DNA of 64,000 bases. Origin: an uncultured Verrucomicrobiae bacterium. Lineage in GTDB: Bacteria > Verrucomicrobiota > Verrucomicrobiia > Chthoniobacterales > JAFAMB01. Within the stretch, counting starts at the first letter, position 1, and the number at the start of each line of letters is the position of its first letter. Below the pieces are notes generated by a model. The model worked only from the letters and a program-made list of their open reading frames with translations. It did not search any database and had not been told where the DNA came from. The position numbers were made by a program, and so were the translations under genes. Location of the stretch: positions 576,001-640,000 of the forward strand of contig CAWEXO010000011.1 in NCBI GenBank assembly GCA_963813025.1. Direction: 5' to 3'. Shown piece after piece: positions 55,700 to 64,000 of the stretch.

Positions 55700-56109
55700 T
55701 CAGGGCGGGAAGTTTTTCAGATAGTCACGGATTTCATTTCGTACTCGGCGAAACAGCTCCAAGCGTTTTTTCTCCGTGCCTTGAAACGCCGCCGGCTCAT
55801 CAAAAGCGTGGTGAAGTCGTTTTTGCCTGACCGGGAAAGACCGGGCAGCTTTCCTTGGCCTTGTCGCACACCGTGAGCACGTAATCAAAAGATTGACCCT
55901 GAAACTCGTCCACGTGCTTCGAGCGATGAGTGGAAATATCAATACCAAGCTCTTTCATCACTGCAATCGCTTCTGGTCTAAGGTGCCCCGGGTTTGTCCC
56001 GGCGCTTTCGACTTCGAAACGGTCGGGCCGCATCATGAAGGAGCAATCCTTCAGCCATCTGGCTGCGGGCGGAATTCCCGGTGCAGAGAATCAAAACGCG
56101 TTTCTTCAT
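55700..56109 (-). CDS. arsC: Thioredoxin-type arsenate reductase (LMW-PTP fold), two frameshifts
   Basis: MKKRVLILCTGNSARSQMAEG, SAGT.P, TVCD.A.E.CPVFPG, FRRVR.EI. Confidence 0.85.
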
Positions 56110-56156
56110 GATCTTTCTCCAACCACCGTTTCAGTCATGATTACCCCAGCGCGGAG

Positions 56157-57011
56157 CTAAAATGAAGGCACCGTCACTTTCGATTCGGCGGGCTTGCTCG
56201 CACGGACAAAGGCGCTGAGAAACTTCCCGGCGACCTCTTTCGCCAGCTCATCGACGCTGTGGCCCCGAGCCGACAGGAAGCACCGCGCATCATCGATATT
56301 GTAGACACGCGTGGCCTCGATATCGATGTTCTCGAAACCCGCTTTGGCGAGTTTTGCGAGATAGTCATAATCGCTCAAAGCTCCGGCAACACAGCCCACC
56401 CAAAGCTCCATGCTTCGCTTGATTTTCGCAGGCACGTCGCCGCGGACGACGACATCGGAGACGGCAAAACGACCTCCCGGTTTAAGCACCCGAAACGCTT
56501 CCTGCAGTACGCGGTCTTTGTCGCCCGAAAGGTTGATGACACAGTTCGAGATGATGACATCCACCGAATTGCCAGGAAGCGGAATGTTCTCGATTTCGCC
56601 TTTCAGAAACTCGACGTTCGTTAAACCGCTTTTACTCTTATTCTCTTCCGCGAGCGCCAGCATCTCAGCGGTCATGTCGAGACCGAAGGCTTTCCCTGTC
56701 GGACCGACCCGGCGAGCGGAAAGCAGCACATCAATACCGCCGCCGGAGCCGAGATCGAGCACGGTTTCTCCTGACTTCAATTCAGCAAGCGCCGTGGGGT
56801 TACCGCAGCCCAGGGAGGCTTTGATGGCCGTGTCCGGCACTTCACCTTTCTGAGCCGGATCGTAGAGGTTTGAGGTTATCGGATCACATGACCCTTTCTG
56901 TGCCGGAGGACGGTCGTCGTCGCCGCAGCAACTGCCCGTGCCTGAGGCGGCTCGACGGGCCGCCTGTCCATACTTCTTCCGGACAACTTCTCTCACATTC
57001 GGCATACTCAT
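56157..57011 (-). CDS. arsM: Arsenite S-adenosylmethionine methyltransferase
   Basis: SCC, SLGCGNP, LDLGSGGG.D, ISNCVINL, W.GCVAGA. Confidence 0.93.
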   Translation of the reverse strand: MSMPNVREVVRKKYGQAARRAASGTGSCCGDDDRPPAQKGSCDPITSNLYDPAQKGEVPDTAIKASLGCGNPTALAELKSGETVLDLGSGGGIDVLLSARRVGPTGKAFGLDMTAEMLALAEENKSKSGLTNVEFLKGEIENIPLPGNSVDVIISNCVINLSGDKDRVLQEAFRVLKPGGRFAVSDVVVRGDVPAKIKRSMELWVGCVAGALSDYDYLAKLAKAGFENIDIEATRVYNIDDARCFLSARGHSVDELAKEVAGKFLSAFVRASKPAESKVTVPSF

Positions 57012-57025
57012 TGGGTAGTTCTTTC

Positions 57026-57373
57026 CTAGCGGCAGACGGAGACAATCTTCTGAGGTTCGATGGCCTTGTTGCGCGTGCAGCATTCCGCGTAGAGAAACCG
57101 AAGCAGTTCTTGAAGCCTTTCGGCGTTGGCCGAATACCAGAGAAATGTCCCTTCGCGGCGGACCTTCACCAGCTCCTCGATTTTCAGCTTATCGAGATGG
57201 TGCGAAAGCGTGGAGCTGGGAATTTCGAGTTCATTGCCGATCTCACGAACAATCATGCCGTCCGGATATGCTGAAAGAAGCAGCTGCATGATCCGCAGCC
57301 GCGGCTCAGCGCCCATGGCCGAAAGCATTTCGGCATAACGAGTTACCTGTTCGAGACTCTGTTTTCTAATCAT
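57026..57373 (-). CDS. arsR: ArsR family repressor
   Basis: RL.I..LL, STLSHHL..L, C-terminal ECC. Confidence 0.9.
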   Translation of the reverse strand: MIRKQSLEQVTRYAEMLSAMGAEPRLRIMQLLLSAYPDGMIVREIGNELEIPSSTLSHHLDKLKIEELVKVRREGTFLWYSANAERLQELLRFLYAECCTRNKAIEPQKIVSVCR

Positions 57374-57389
57374 CAACCGCCGGGCTGCC

Positions 57390-57411
57390 TCAATACTTCC
57401 ACAAGTATCGA
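57390..57411. promoter_or_regulatory. Candidate ArsR operator
   Basis: TCAATACTT-CCAC-AAGTATCGA inverted repeat just upstream of arsR. Confidence 0.55.
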
Positions 57412-57507
57412 AATACATGAGCGAGTCAAGCGACGTTTCAAGCATTCCTGTTCAAGGGCCCTCACCTATGCTAAAACTAGATCAACCCTATACCCCCTAG
57501 ACTAAGC

Positions 57508-58764
57508 ATGAAAATCTTCGATCCGAGGGTCATCTGTACGGCTGCATGTTTCCTGCTTGCCGGATCACTGAGTTCCGCGAAGACCTTGACCGTCCTCCTT
57601 TTGGCCAATGCCAGTACGCAAGATGTGATGCAAAAGTTTCTCAAGGAGTATGGACAGAACCATCCGGGGATTGATTTCAACGTATCGATTGTGCAATACA
57701 GCGCGCTCACCGCGAAGATCAATACGCTTGTTACCGCCGGTGAGCCTCCCGATATTCTGGAGGTAACAACGTCTTATATTCAGACGTTTGCCGAACAAGC
57801 CCTCGATTTGGCCAAGTACACAAACGGACCCGATCTGTTAAATCGGTACCTGCCAAGTTACCAGCCTTTCATCAGGTCGGAAAATAGAGTGATCGGAATT
57901 CCGATCGAAGCCACGGTCAATGGCCTTTTCTATAACAAGGAACTTTTTAAGGAAGCGGGCGCAAATGTACCAACGGATGCGGGTCACGTTTGGACCTGGC
58001 AAGAATTCAAGGACACGGTTCAAAAGGTAATGAAACTGCCATCCTGCCGGATTGGAGTGGCCTTCGATTGCAGCGTGCAGCGTTGGTCCAACCTGCTTTA
58101 CCAGGCAAACGGCCGCTGGATTTCCCCCGATGGGAAGACAATCCTGCCGGATCGGGCCGCGGCTAAACATGCGCTGACTTATTTCCGCAGCTTGATCGAG
58201 GCAAAGCTTGTCCCCGGTTCTTCCTGGCCGGGTAAGACGGACGGAGGTCCACTCTTCCAGACCGGCGTTACCGCGCTCATGTGGGCTGGAAACTGGGAAT
58301 TAAAAACGCTCCTGGGAAGCGGACCATCCTTCGCGTTTGGCACCACCTACTTCCCCAAGGATGCGATAAGAGCCGCGTGTCCTGGAGGCGAGTTTTTGAT
58401 CGGGTTCAGCAAATCGCCGAATCATGACGATGCGGCGAAGGTATTGCTCTGGTGGGCCGAGCCATCCACGACAAAGCGTTATCTCGAAAGCCTCGGAGGT
58501 TCTCTCCTGAGTCCGATCAAAGACTTACCGATCAATTACGGAAAGTACGCCGAATACCTGAAGCCGATGCTGGACGATTTAGCGGTAACGCCGCAGTGGG
58601 TTTCGGAGGATCTGGCCAAGCCCGCTCTCAACCTTTTGCAGAATGACTTGCTCGATCAGTTGATCCTCTTCTCCACCGGAAGGAAGCCGCTGAACGACAC
58701 GATCGCCGAGATTGAAAACCTGGGCTCCGGCGTTCTGCAACAGAATAAACCCGTAAGCAAATAG
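57508..58764 (+). CDS. Carbohydrate ABC substrate-binding protein (CUT1)
   Basis: Signal peptide, AG.PPD, L.YNK.LF..AG, WTW.E. Confidence 0.88.
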   Translation: MKIFDPRVICTAACFLLAGSLSSAKTLTVLLLANASTQDVMQKFLKEYGQNHPGIDFNVSIVQYSALTAKINTLVTAGEPPDILEVTTSYIQTFAEQALDLAKYTNGPDLLNRYLPSYQPFIRSENRVIGIPIEATVNGLFYNKELFKEAGANVPTDAGHVWTWQEFKDTVQKVMKLPSCRIGVAFDCSVQRWSNLLYQANGRWISPDGKTILPDRAAAKHALTYFRSLIEAKLVPGSSWPGKTDGGPLFQTGVTALMWAGNWELKTLLGSGPSFAFGTTYFPKDAIRAACPGGEFLIGFSKSPNHDDAAKVLLWWAEPSTTKRYLESLGGSLLSPIKDLPINYGKYAEYLKPMLDDLAVTPQWVSEDLAKPALNLLQNDLLDQLILFSTGRKPLNDTIAEIENLGSGVLQQNKPVSK

Positions 58765-58772
58765 CAGCGGTT

Positions 58773-59696
58773 ATGAATTCGCCGGATAACGCAATCTCCA
58801 CACTGCCGACGGCATCCTCGTCGCGCGTGAAAGTTCCGTTCCAATGGGCGCCTTACCTGTTTTTGCTTCCCACGGTCGGCATCATGGCTCTTTTCAGCTT
58901 ATATCCGATGCTTTACGGCATTTGGATGTCACTACACGACTTTGATGTTATTCACGGGACATTCAGGTTTATCGGGCTAGGAAATTACCTCAAACTGTTT
59001 CACGACGCGCAATTTGGTCAGAGTGTGGTGAATACCGCCTGGTACACGCTCACAGTGGTCCCGCTAATTGTCGCGGGAAGTGTCGCGATCGCCGTGTTTC
59101 TCCGCGAAAGCAGACCGGCGCGGTTGGTCGCTCGCGTCGGTTTTTACATCCCGTTTGTTTTGTCGCCGGTCGTGGTGGCGACTTCCTGGAAATGGCTTTT
59201 GAACGAAGATCTCGGCGTGATCGATGGATTCCTGAAGTGGGCGGGAGCTTCCACGATTCCGTGGTTGACGTCCGACCTTTCCGCGCGAGTTAGCGTTGTA
59301 CTCATCAGCGTCTGGAATCTCGTCGGGTTTTATATGCTCATGGTCTTGGCCGGTTTAAGTCAGATCAGCCCGGACCTCTACGAAGCGGCCCGAATTGAAG
59401 GCGCTACCCGGTGGCAGCAATTTTGGCGAATTACCCTGCCGATGCTGAGGCCCACGCTTCTGTTGGTCCTTATCCTCGCCACGATTCACGCTACTCAAGC
59501 TTTTGAGATGATCCTGCTGCTCACGGCGGGAGGACCGGGCGACGCGACGCGGCTCGTGGTGCAGAATATGTATCAATCTGCCTTTGGACGTCTCCAGCCC
59601 GGCTATGGTGTGGCCCAGGCCGTTGTCCTGCTGCCGGTGATCCTGATAGTCGCCTGGCTGCAGATGCGGCTCTTCAAAAAGGAGGGGATCATTTAG
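58773..59696 (+). CDS. Carbohydrate ABC permease (MalF-like)
   Basis: F.GL.NY; EAA loop LYEAARIEGA..WQ.F..ITLP. Confidence 0.92.
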   Translation: MNSPDNAISTLPTASSSRVKVPFQWAPYLFLLPTVGIMALFSLYPMLYGIWMSLHDFDVIHGTFRFIGLGNYLKLFHDAQFGQSVVNTAWYTLTVVPLIVAGSVAIAVFLRESRPARLVARVGFYIPFVLSPVVVATSWKWLLNEDLGVIDGFLKWAGASTIPWLTSDLSARVSVVLISVWNLVGFYMLMVLAGLSQISPDLYEAARIEGATRWQQFWRITLPMLRPTLLLVLILATIHATQAFEMILLLTAGGPGDATRLVVQNMYQSAFGRLQPGYGVAQAVVLLPVILIVAWLQMRLFKKEGII

Positions 59697-59830
59697 TGCC
59701 AGTGTCAGTGCTAGTGCCAACGGGAGCGCTGCTCGCCGGTGATGCGTCAATTCAGATATGCACCGTCCACTGGGACCGTCTGGCCGGCCGGCATTGTTAA
59801 ACGCAACACCATGCCATTATTTATGAAACG

Positions 59831-60679
59831 GTGCACGATGTGAACAGAGACAAGCAAGCGAGCAGGAATCTCGGGAAAGCCGTCTACGATTGTTGTGCGA
59901 TCGTTGTTTGCCTCATTTTCCTGATTCCGGTGATTTGGGTTCTTTTTTCCGCGTTTCAACTACCGAAGCATCTGTTTACCTTTCCACCAAGTTTTGATCC
60001 CCGGCAATTTAGCTGGATTAACTTTAAGACCGTCTTTGCGACCGGCGACGTGCCGCGCTATGCGATGAATTCGCTGATTGTGGCGACATCGAGCAGCCTG
60101 ATCACTGTCCTGGCGAGTTCTATGGCAGGATTCGCGCTCGCGAAATATCGGTTTTTGGGGCGCCATGTTATCTTTCTGCTGATCATTAGTGTGCTTTTAG
60201 TTCCGTTGCAGGTCTTAATGGTGCCGGTTTTTCTGATTTTGAAAGCCTTGGGTTGGATTAACAGTTTGATTGGTATCATCATTCCGCCGGCGGCTACAGC
60301 GACGGGAACATTCATGATGCGCCAGTACATCCTGGGCATTCCGGATGAGTTGCTGGAAGCTGCTCGCATGGACGGCGCTTCGGATTGGAAAATCTATTGG
60401 CGCGTTATTCTACCACTATCCGCTCCAGCTTTGGGAGCGGTCGGAATTCTGAGCTTCACCTGGCGCTGGAATGATTATCTGTGGCCGTTGATCGTTATCA
60501 GTAACCAGAAGAACTTTACGTTGCAGCTTTCATTAGCCAACCTGGTAGGAACGAATACGGTTGAATGGGGCACCTTGCTGGCCTACGCCACCCTGGCGAT
60601 GCTGCCGGTCCTTGTTGTCTTCATTTGCTTTCAGCGGTATTTTCTAAAGGGATCGCTGAGCGGAGGCGTTAAAGGATAG
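59831..60679 (+). CDS. Carbohydrate ABC permease (MalG-like)
   Basis: IPDEL.EAARMDGA, WNDYLWPL, FQR.F..G...G.VKG. Confidence 0.92.
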   Translation: MHDVNRDKQASRNLGKAVYDCCAIVVCLIFLIPVIWVLFSAFQLPKHLFTFPPSFDPRQFSWINFKTVFATGDVPRYAMNSLIVATSSSLITVLASSMAGFALAKYRFLGRHVIFLLIISVLLVPLQVLMVPVFLILKALGWINSLIGIIIPPAATATGTFMMRQYILGIPDELLEAARMDGASDWKIYWRVILPLSAPALGAVGILSFTWRWNDYLWPLIVISNQKNFTLQLSLANLVGTNTVEWGTLLAYATLAMLPVLVVFICFQRYFLKGSLSGGVKG

Positions 60680-60783
60680 ACTTGGCATTCCCAGTGGCTG
60701 GCAATGCCATAGCTAGACGTATTTCGTCTGCGGACGGCTTGAAGGGAGCGGACGAGTCCGCAATAGGAGTAGGCAGAGCCCAA

Positions 60784-61074
60784 TCACCCAAGGTACTCAA
60801 CTTGATTGTTCTTGTCGCGCACCGCCACGGACGCGCCCGGATCGGCAAGCAGCAGAGTCAGTGCCGAACCGTCCGCAAAATTCAGCGTGAACTCTGCGCC
60901 GTCCTCCTGAATTGCCTTGATCGTACCGCCTGGAGGAATGTTTGCGATGCCAACCGTCTTCACTTTCATCGTCGACTGATCAGCGAACGAAATAATTACG
61001 TTGCCCGATTCAACGGTTGCAACGCGAACGGTTCGCCCTCCAATAACGTTCGTTAGCTTATTGTTTCTTGGCAT
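60784..61074 (-). CDS. Hypothetical protein (two internal F.D.S beta repeats)
   Basis: Clean 96-aa ORF with ATG start, convergent with the ABC operon. Confidence 0.6.
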   Translation of the reverse strand: MPRNNKLTNVIGGRTVRVATVESGNVIISFADQSTMKVKTVGIANIPPGGTIKAIQEDGAEFTLNFADGSALTLLLADPGASVAVRDKNNQVEYLG

Positions 61075-61077
61075 AAA

Positions 61078-61441
61078 CTATCGACCGGCCCTGCCCGCAG
61101 GCGAAAACCCGCTATCAACAGCGTCGATCTCGGTCATGAACGTCCCCTCTGGTTCTTCCGTAAAACCGTGAACCCGGCCTCCAGTATTTGCCCGAGCGCG
61201 TGTTCACCCAGACTTCATCTGCGGAGGCGGTTTCGGCGGAAACCGGTAGCGCGCGCACCTGCGACGCCGGCGGCGTTTCGGCGACATACTTCTGATATGC
61301 TTTAATCCAGTGGGTAGCGATCTCATGCTGAGCGGTCTGGAGGTCGACCTTCTCGTTGCAGACGAGATTATACAGTCTTCGCTCCAGCACATCCTTCACA
61401 TACGCATTCCAGGGCGAAGTGTTGTATGATTGGCTCGGCAA
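61078..61441 (-). pseudogene. 5'-truncated, frameshifted hypothetical (HNH-associated-like) gene
   Basis: QSY...WNA..KD.LE..L..LVC...DL..AQ..IA..W and VWVNT.SG.Y....SR.YG.T modules; N-terminus missing. Confidence 0.5.
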
Positions 61442-61555
61442 ACCCCCGCGCAGAAAAGCATATCGAGCGAAGCGGAGAAAGCCAAAAGAACTTTACGCTG
61501 CAGGTATCGATCGCCAATGTAACGAGAAGAGAGGAGGAAAGTTGGAGGATCGGGT

Positions 61556-62707
61556 ATGGAAACAGTAAGACTCGGAATTGTCGGCCTTGGATCGATGGGA
61601 TCCGTCCATGCGCGAGCCATCGCGGACGGCAAAGTGCCACGATGCCAATTAACCGCAGTGTGTGATCTGAAGGCTGAACGTCTTCAGGCGTTCTCATCGG
61701 CCGAAGGGTTTCTTTCCGTGAGCGATTTCCTGCGGTCATCGGAAACAGATGCGGTGCTGATTGCGACGCCACATTACTCTCACACGACGATCGGCATCCA
61801 GGCGCTCGGAACCGGCCGGCACGTGCTCGTTGAAAAACCTATTTCAGCTCACAAACTGGATGCCGAACGTTTGCTGGCGGCCCATCGCGGTACTAATCAA
61901 GTGTTTGCCGCAATGTTCAACCAGCGGACGGACCCTTTCTTTCTCAAGCTTCGTCAACTGGTGCAGTCCGGCGTTCTCGGGGCGATCAGGCGAGTCAGCT
62001 GGACGATTACCGACTGGTTTCGGACTGAAGCATATTACCAGTCGAGCGACTGGCGAGCTACTTGGGCCGGCGAAGGAGGCGGGGTTTTGCTGAACCAGTG
62101 TCCGCACAATCTGGATTTGTTCCAATGGATCTTCGGAATGCCTGAAACTGTCCGTGCCTTTTGCCATTTTGGCAGGTACCACGATATCGAAGTCGAGGAC
62201 CACGTGACGGCGTATCTTGAATACTCGAACGGGATGACGGCCGTATTTACCGCTTCAACGGGGGAAGCACCGGGGACGAACCGGCTCGAAGTGGCGGCTG
62301 AGCAAGGTAAAGTCATCATCGAAAATGATCAGTTTCTCTTTACACGCAACGAGGTGCCCATGAGCGAATTTTCGCGGACAGACCCAGGTCGCTTTTCGAC
62401 GCCTGCCACTTGGGATATCCGGATACCGATTGTTGGACACGGCCCACAGCACAATGGGATTCTCGCGAATTTTGCCGCGGCCATCCTGGACGGAGCGCCT
62501 TTGATTGCGCCTGCGCATGAAGGTATTTTTTCCTTGGAACTGGCAAACTCGTTTCTGCTCTCGAGTTTGGAAAATCGCTCAGTCCGACTTCCGCTGGACG
62601 GAGCATTGTTCGAAGAACATCTCAAAAAGCTGATCGGTTCATCTGATCGGCGGAAGCCGAAAGTTATCCGGGAAGTTTCCGACGACATGGCCAAATCTTT
62701 TCGGTGA
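61556..62707 (+). CDS. Gfo/Idh/MocA oxidoreductase
   Basis: GIVGLGSMG, ATPH, EKP, GGG.L.NQ..H..D. Confidence 0.92.
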   Translation: METVRLGIVGLGSMGSVHARAIADGKVPRCQLTAVCDLKAERLQAFSSAEGFLSVSDFLRSSETDAVLIATPHYSHTTIGIQALGTGRHVLVEKPISAHKLDAERLLAAHRGTNQVFAAMFNQRTDPFFLKLRQLVQSGVLGAIRRVSWTITDWFRTEAYYQSSDWRATWAGEGGGVLLNQCPHNLDLFQWIFGMPETVRAFCHFGRYHDIEVEDHVTAYLEYSNGMTAVFTASTGEAPGTNRLEVAAEQGKVIIENDQFLFTRNEVPMSEFSRTDPGRFSTPATWDIRIPIVGHGPQHNGILANFAAAILDGAPLIAPAHEGIFSLELANSFLLSSLENRSVRLPLDGALFEEHLKKLIGSSDRRKPKVIREVSDDMAKSFR

Positions 62708-62729
62708 CGAAATGCGATCTTCTTAAATT

Positions 62730-63801
62730 ATGAGTCAAACAGGTTACGATTACGCTCCGAAAGGTAAACCCGCGCCCGTGTGCCGGCCGGGTGAATTTAA
62801 ATTTGCGGCCGTGGCTCTCGATCACGGCCACATTTATGGCCAGTGCAACGGGCTCGTGGAAGCAGGCGGCGAACTATGCTGGGTATTCGATCCCGATCCG
62901 CTCAAAGTCGAAGAGTTCCGCAAGAAATTTCCTCAAGTAAAGGTTGCCAAGGCGCTGGACCAGGTGCTGGAGGATCCTGGAATTCAACTCGCCGCGGCCG
63001 CCGCGATCCCGTCGGAGAGAGGGCCTCTCGGCGTGCAGGTGATGCGAGCCGGTAAACATTATTTTACCGATAAAACTCCATTCACTGAGCTGCGCGCAAC
63101 TTGCGGAGGCGCGACGGGTGGCGGCAGAGACTGGAAAGAAATACATGGTTTACTACAGCGAACGTCTCCATGTCGAATGCGCGGTGTTCGCCGGTGACTT
63201 AATTGAGCAAGGCGCGATCGGCCGGGTGGTCCAGGTCCTTGGGTTAGGGCCGCATCGCCTAAGCGCCGAATCACGGCCGACCTGGTTTTTTGAAAAGGCG
63301 AAGTACGGCGGAATCTTGTGCGACATCGGCAGCCATCAGATCGAGCAGTTCCTTTTCTACTCCGGAGCCTGCGACGCCACCGTCACTTCGGCGCGGGTTG
63401 CCAATTACGCAAATAAAGAGTACCCGGAACTGGAGGATTTTGGTGACGCAACGTTGGTTGCCGACAACGGTGCTGCCTCCTATTTCCGCGTGGATTGGTT
63501 AACCCCCGACGGCCTGCGCACGTGGGGCGATGGACGCACGTTATTCTCGGAACCAAGGGTTACATCGAGATGCGAAAGTATATTGACGTTGGTCGTGAGG
63601 CGCAGGGTGATCAGCTGTTTTTGGTTAACGAAGAAAGGCGAGCAACACTTCGCGCTCGCTGGAAAAGTCGGCTTTCCTTTCTTTGGCCGGTTAATTCTTG
63701 ATTGCCTGAACGGAACCGAAGCAGCGATGACCCAGGACCACGCATTCAAGGCGGCGGAGCTGTGTCTCAAGGCTCAGGCTGCTGCTCAACGCATCGAGTA
63801 A
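62730..63801 (+). CDS. Gfo/Idh/MocA oxidoreductase (frameshifts near 63090 and 63540-63630)
   Basis: LDHGHI, DK.P, GPHR, GGIL.DI.SHQ, DW.TPDGL..WGDGR across frames. Confidence 0.85.
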
Positions 63802-64000
63802 GGCTTTTTCTCACACGCTGATCGTTGGGAGCGGTAGGGATAAGCTTCCGACTACGGACAAGCCTTCGTCGCGACTCGGATATGGAATGGCGCAAAAGTT
63901 CGACCGGAGGGGCATTAGTTAGGCTTGCGGAGGTGGCCTGCTCGCGGTAGGGATGAGTTCCTGCTCGTCCGGATCGGGATGTGATCCAACCTAAGAGGTC

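Overview
GC-rich bacterial chromosome segment, most likely from a soil Verrucomicrobiota (Chthoniobacterales-like) genome; this is inferred from the RpoA N-terminus MPVRLGRFEMPK and the repeat types. From left to right it holds: a Tm-1-like/TIM-barrel gene pair; an rpoA-rplQ unit detached from rpsM-K-D; an Fe-ADH; a complete ~14 kb group 1h (high-affinity, atmospheric H2) [NiFe]-hydrogenase cluster; an uncharacterised glycosyltransferase/Mo-oxidoreductase operon; an intact IS110 (IS621-like) element; a REP-associated tyrosine transposase (RAYT) flanked by REPINs; a heavily frameshifted gltB; pheA/scpB; a KirBac channel; an RpiR/HexR-controlled sugar ABC/kinase locus with tandem binding proteins; nested IS66/Tn3 relics; arsR-arsM-arsC; and a second sugar ABC/oxidoreductase cluster. 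The best find is the IS110. Its non-coding left end carries a readable bridge RNA whose four guide segments match its own ends and the insertion site, and it sits inside a REP belonging to the neighbouring RAYT gene. Many genes carry single-base frameshifts, probably long-read errors. All family assignments come from motif recognition, not database searches.
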